Source of the DNA: Meiothermus sp.
GTDB taxonomy: Bacteria > Deinococcota > Deinococci > Deinococcales > Thermaceae
Direction of reading: 5' to 3'
DNA: 45,594 bases
Assembly: GCA_033762915.1 (NCBI GenBank)
Contig: JANRLD010000110.1
Location: 1-45,594, forward strand
The notes under the pieces were generated by a model that worked only from the letters and a program-made list of their open reading frames with translations, did no database searches and was not told where the DNA came from. Below, piece by piece: positions 45,455-45,594 of this stretch (its first letter is position 1; every line of letters starts with the position of its first letter). A program made the translations under genes and the position numbers.

Positions 45455-45594
45455 TGATATTGCCCCGTTTTTGTCGAGTCGAGGTTAAGCCACCTGCCTA
45501 GCATTGTGCTGGTTCTGGTTCTCGAAGTCGAGCGGGGAGAGAAAGCCGAGGGTGGAGTGCCGTCGAGTGCGGTTGTAGAAGGTCTCGATGTAGT
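45455..45594 (-). mobile_element. IS3-family insertion sequence, right end (truncated by the window)
   Basis: Terminal repeat TGATATTGCCCCGTTTTTG at 45455; OrfB C-terminus YIETFYNRTRRHSTLGFLSPLDFE ending with TAA at 45485-45487. Confidence 0.92.

Overview
GC-rich chromosomal window, most likely from the Thermaceae (Meiothermus/Calidithermus-like). This is inferred from the fbcCXFB operon, fused MoaD-MoaE, leaderless promoters and very frequent CTCGAG. From left to right it holds: a polyamine-type ABC transporter, aat and an amidase; an ArsR-led cluster of SRPBCC, VOC, MFS and DUF genes; the four-gene cytochrome bc complex; hrcA, moaDE, a FUN14 gene and an aldehyde dehydrogenase; a MocR regulator divergent from yfiT, plus a Tat-type flavin amine oxidase; a LacI-controlled oligogalacturonate (pectin) uptake and catabolism locus in which an IolB-type isomerase sits where kduI is expected; dinB, HAD, serine hydrolase and padR genes; an orphan protein resembling a replication initiator; and fhs. 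The last 4 kb holds two cassettes, each with a small double-zinc-ribbon gene ahead of exported-protein genes. The two cassettes share a 32-bp promoter motif with an 11-bp-period direct repeat and lie downstream of a wHTH-BTAD (SARP-like) regulator broken by an IS3 element. Two families of structured intergenic repeats are scattered through the window. One family is T-shaped, nests within itself and shows arm inversion, and the two families together bracket the pectin locus in mirror order. All protein calls are from motif recognition, not database searches.
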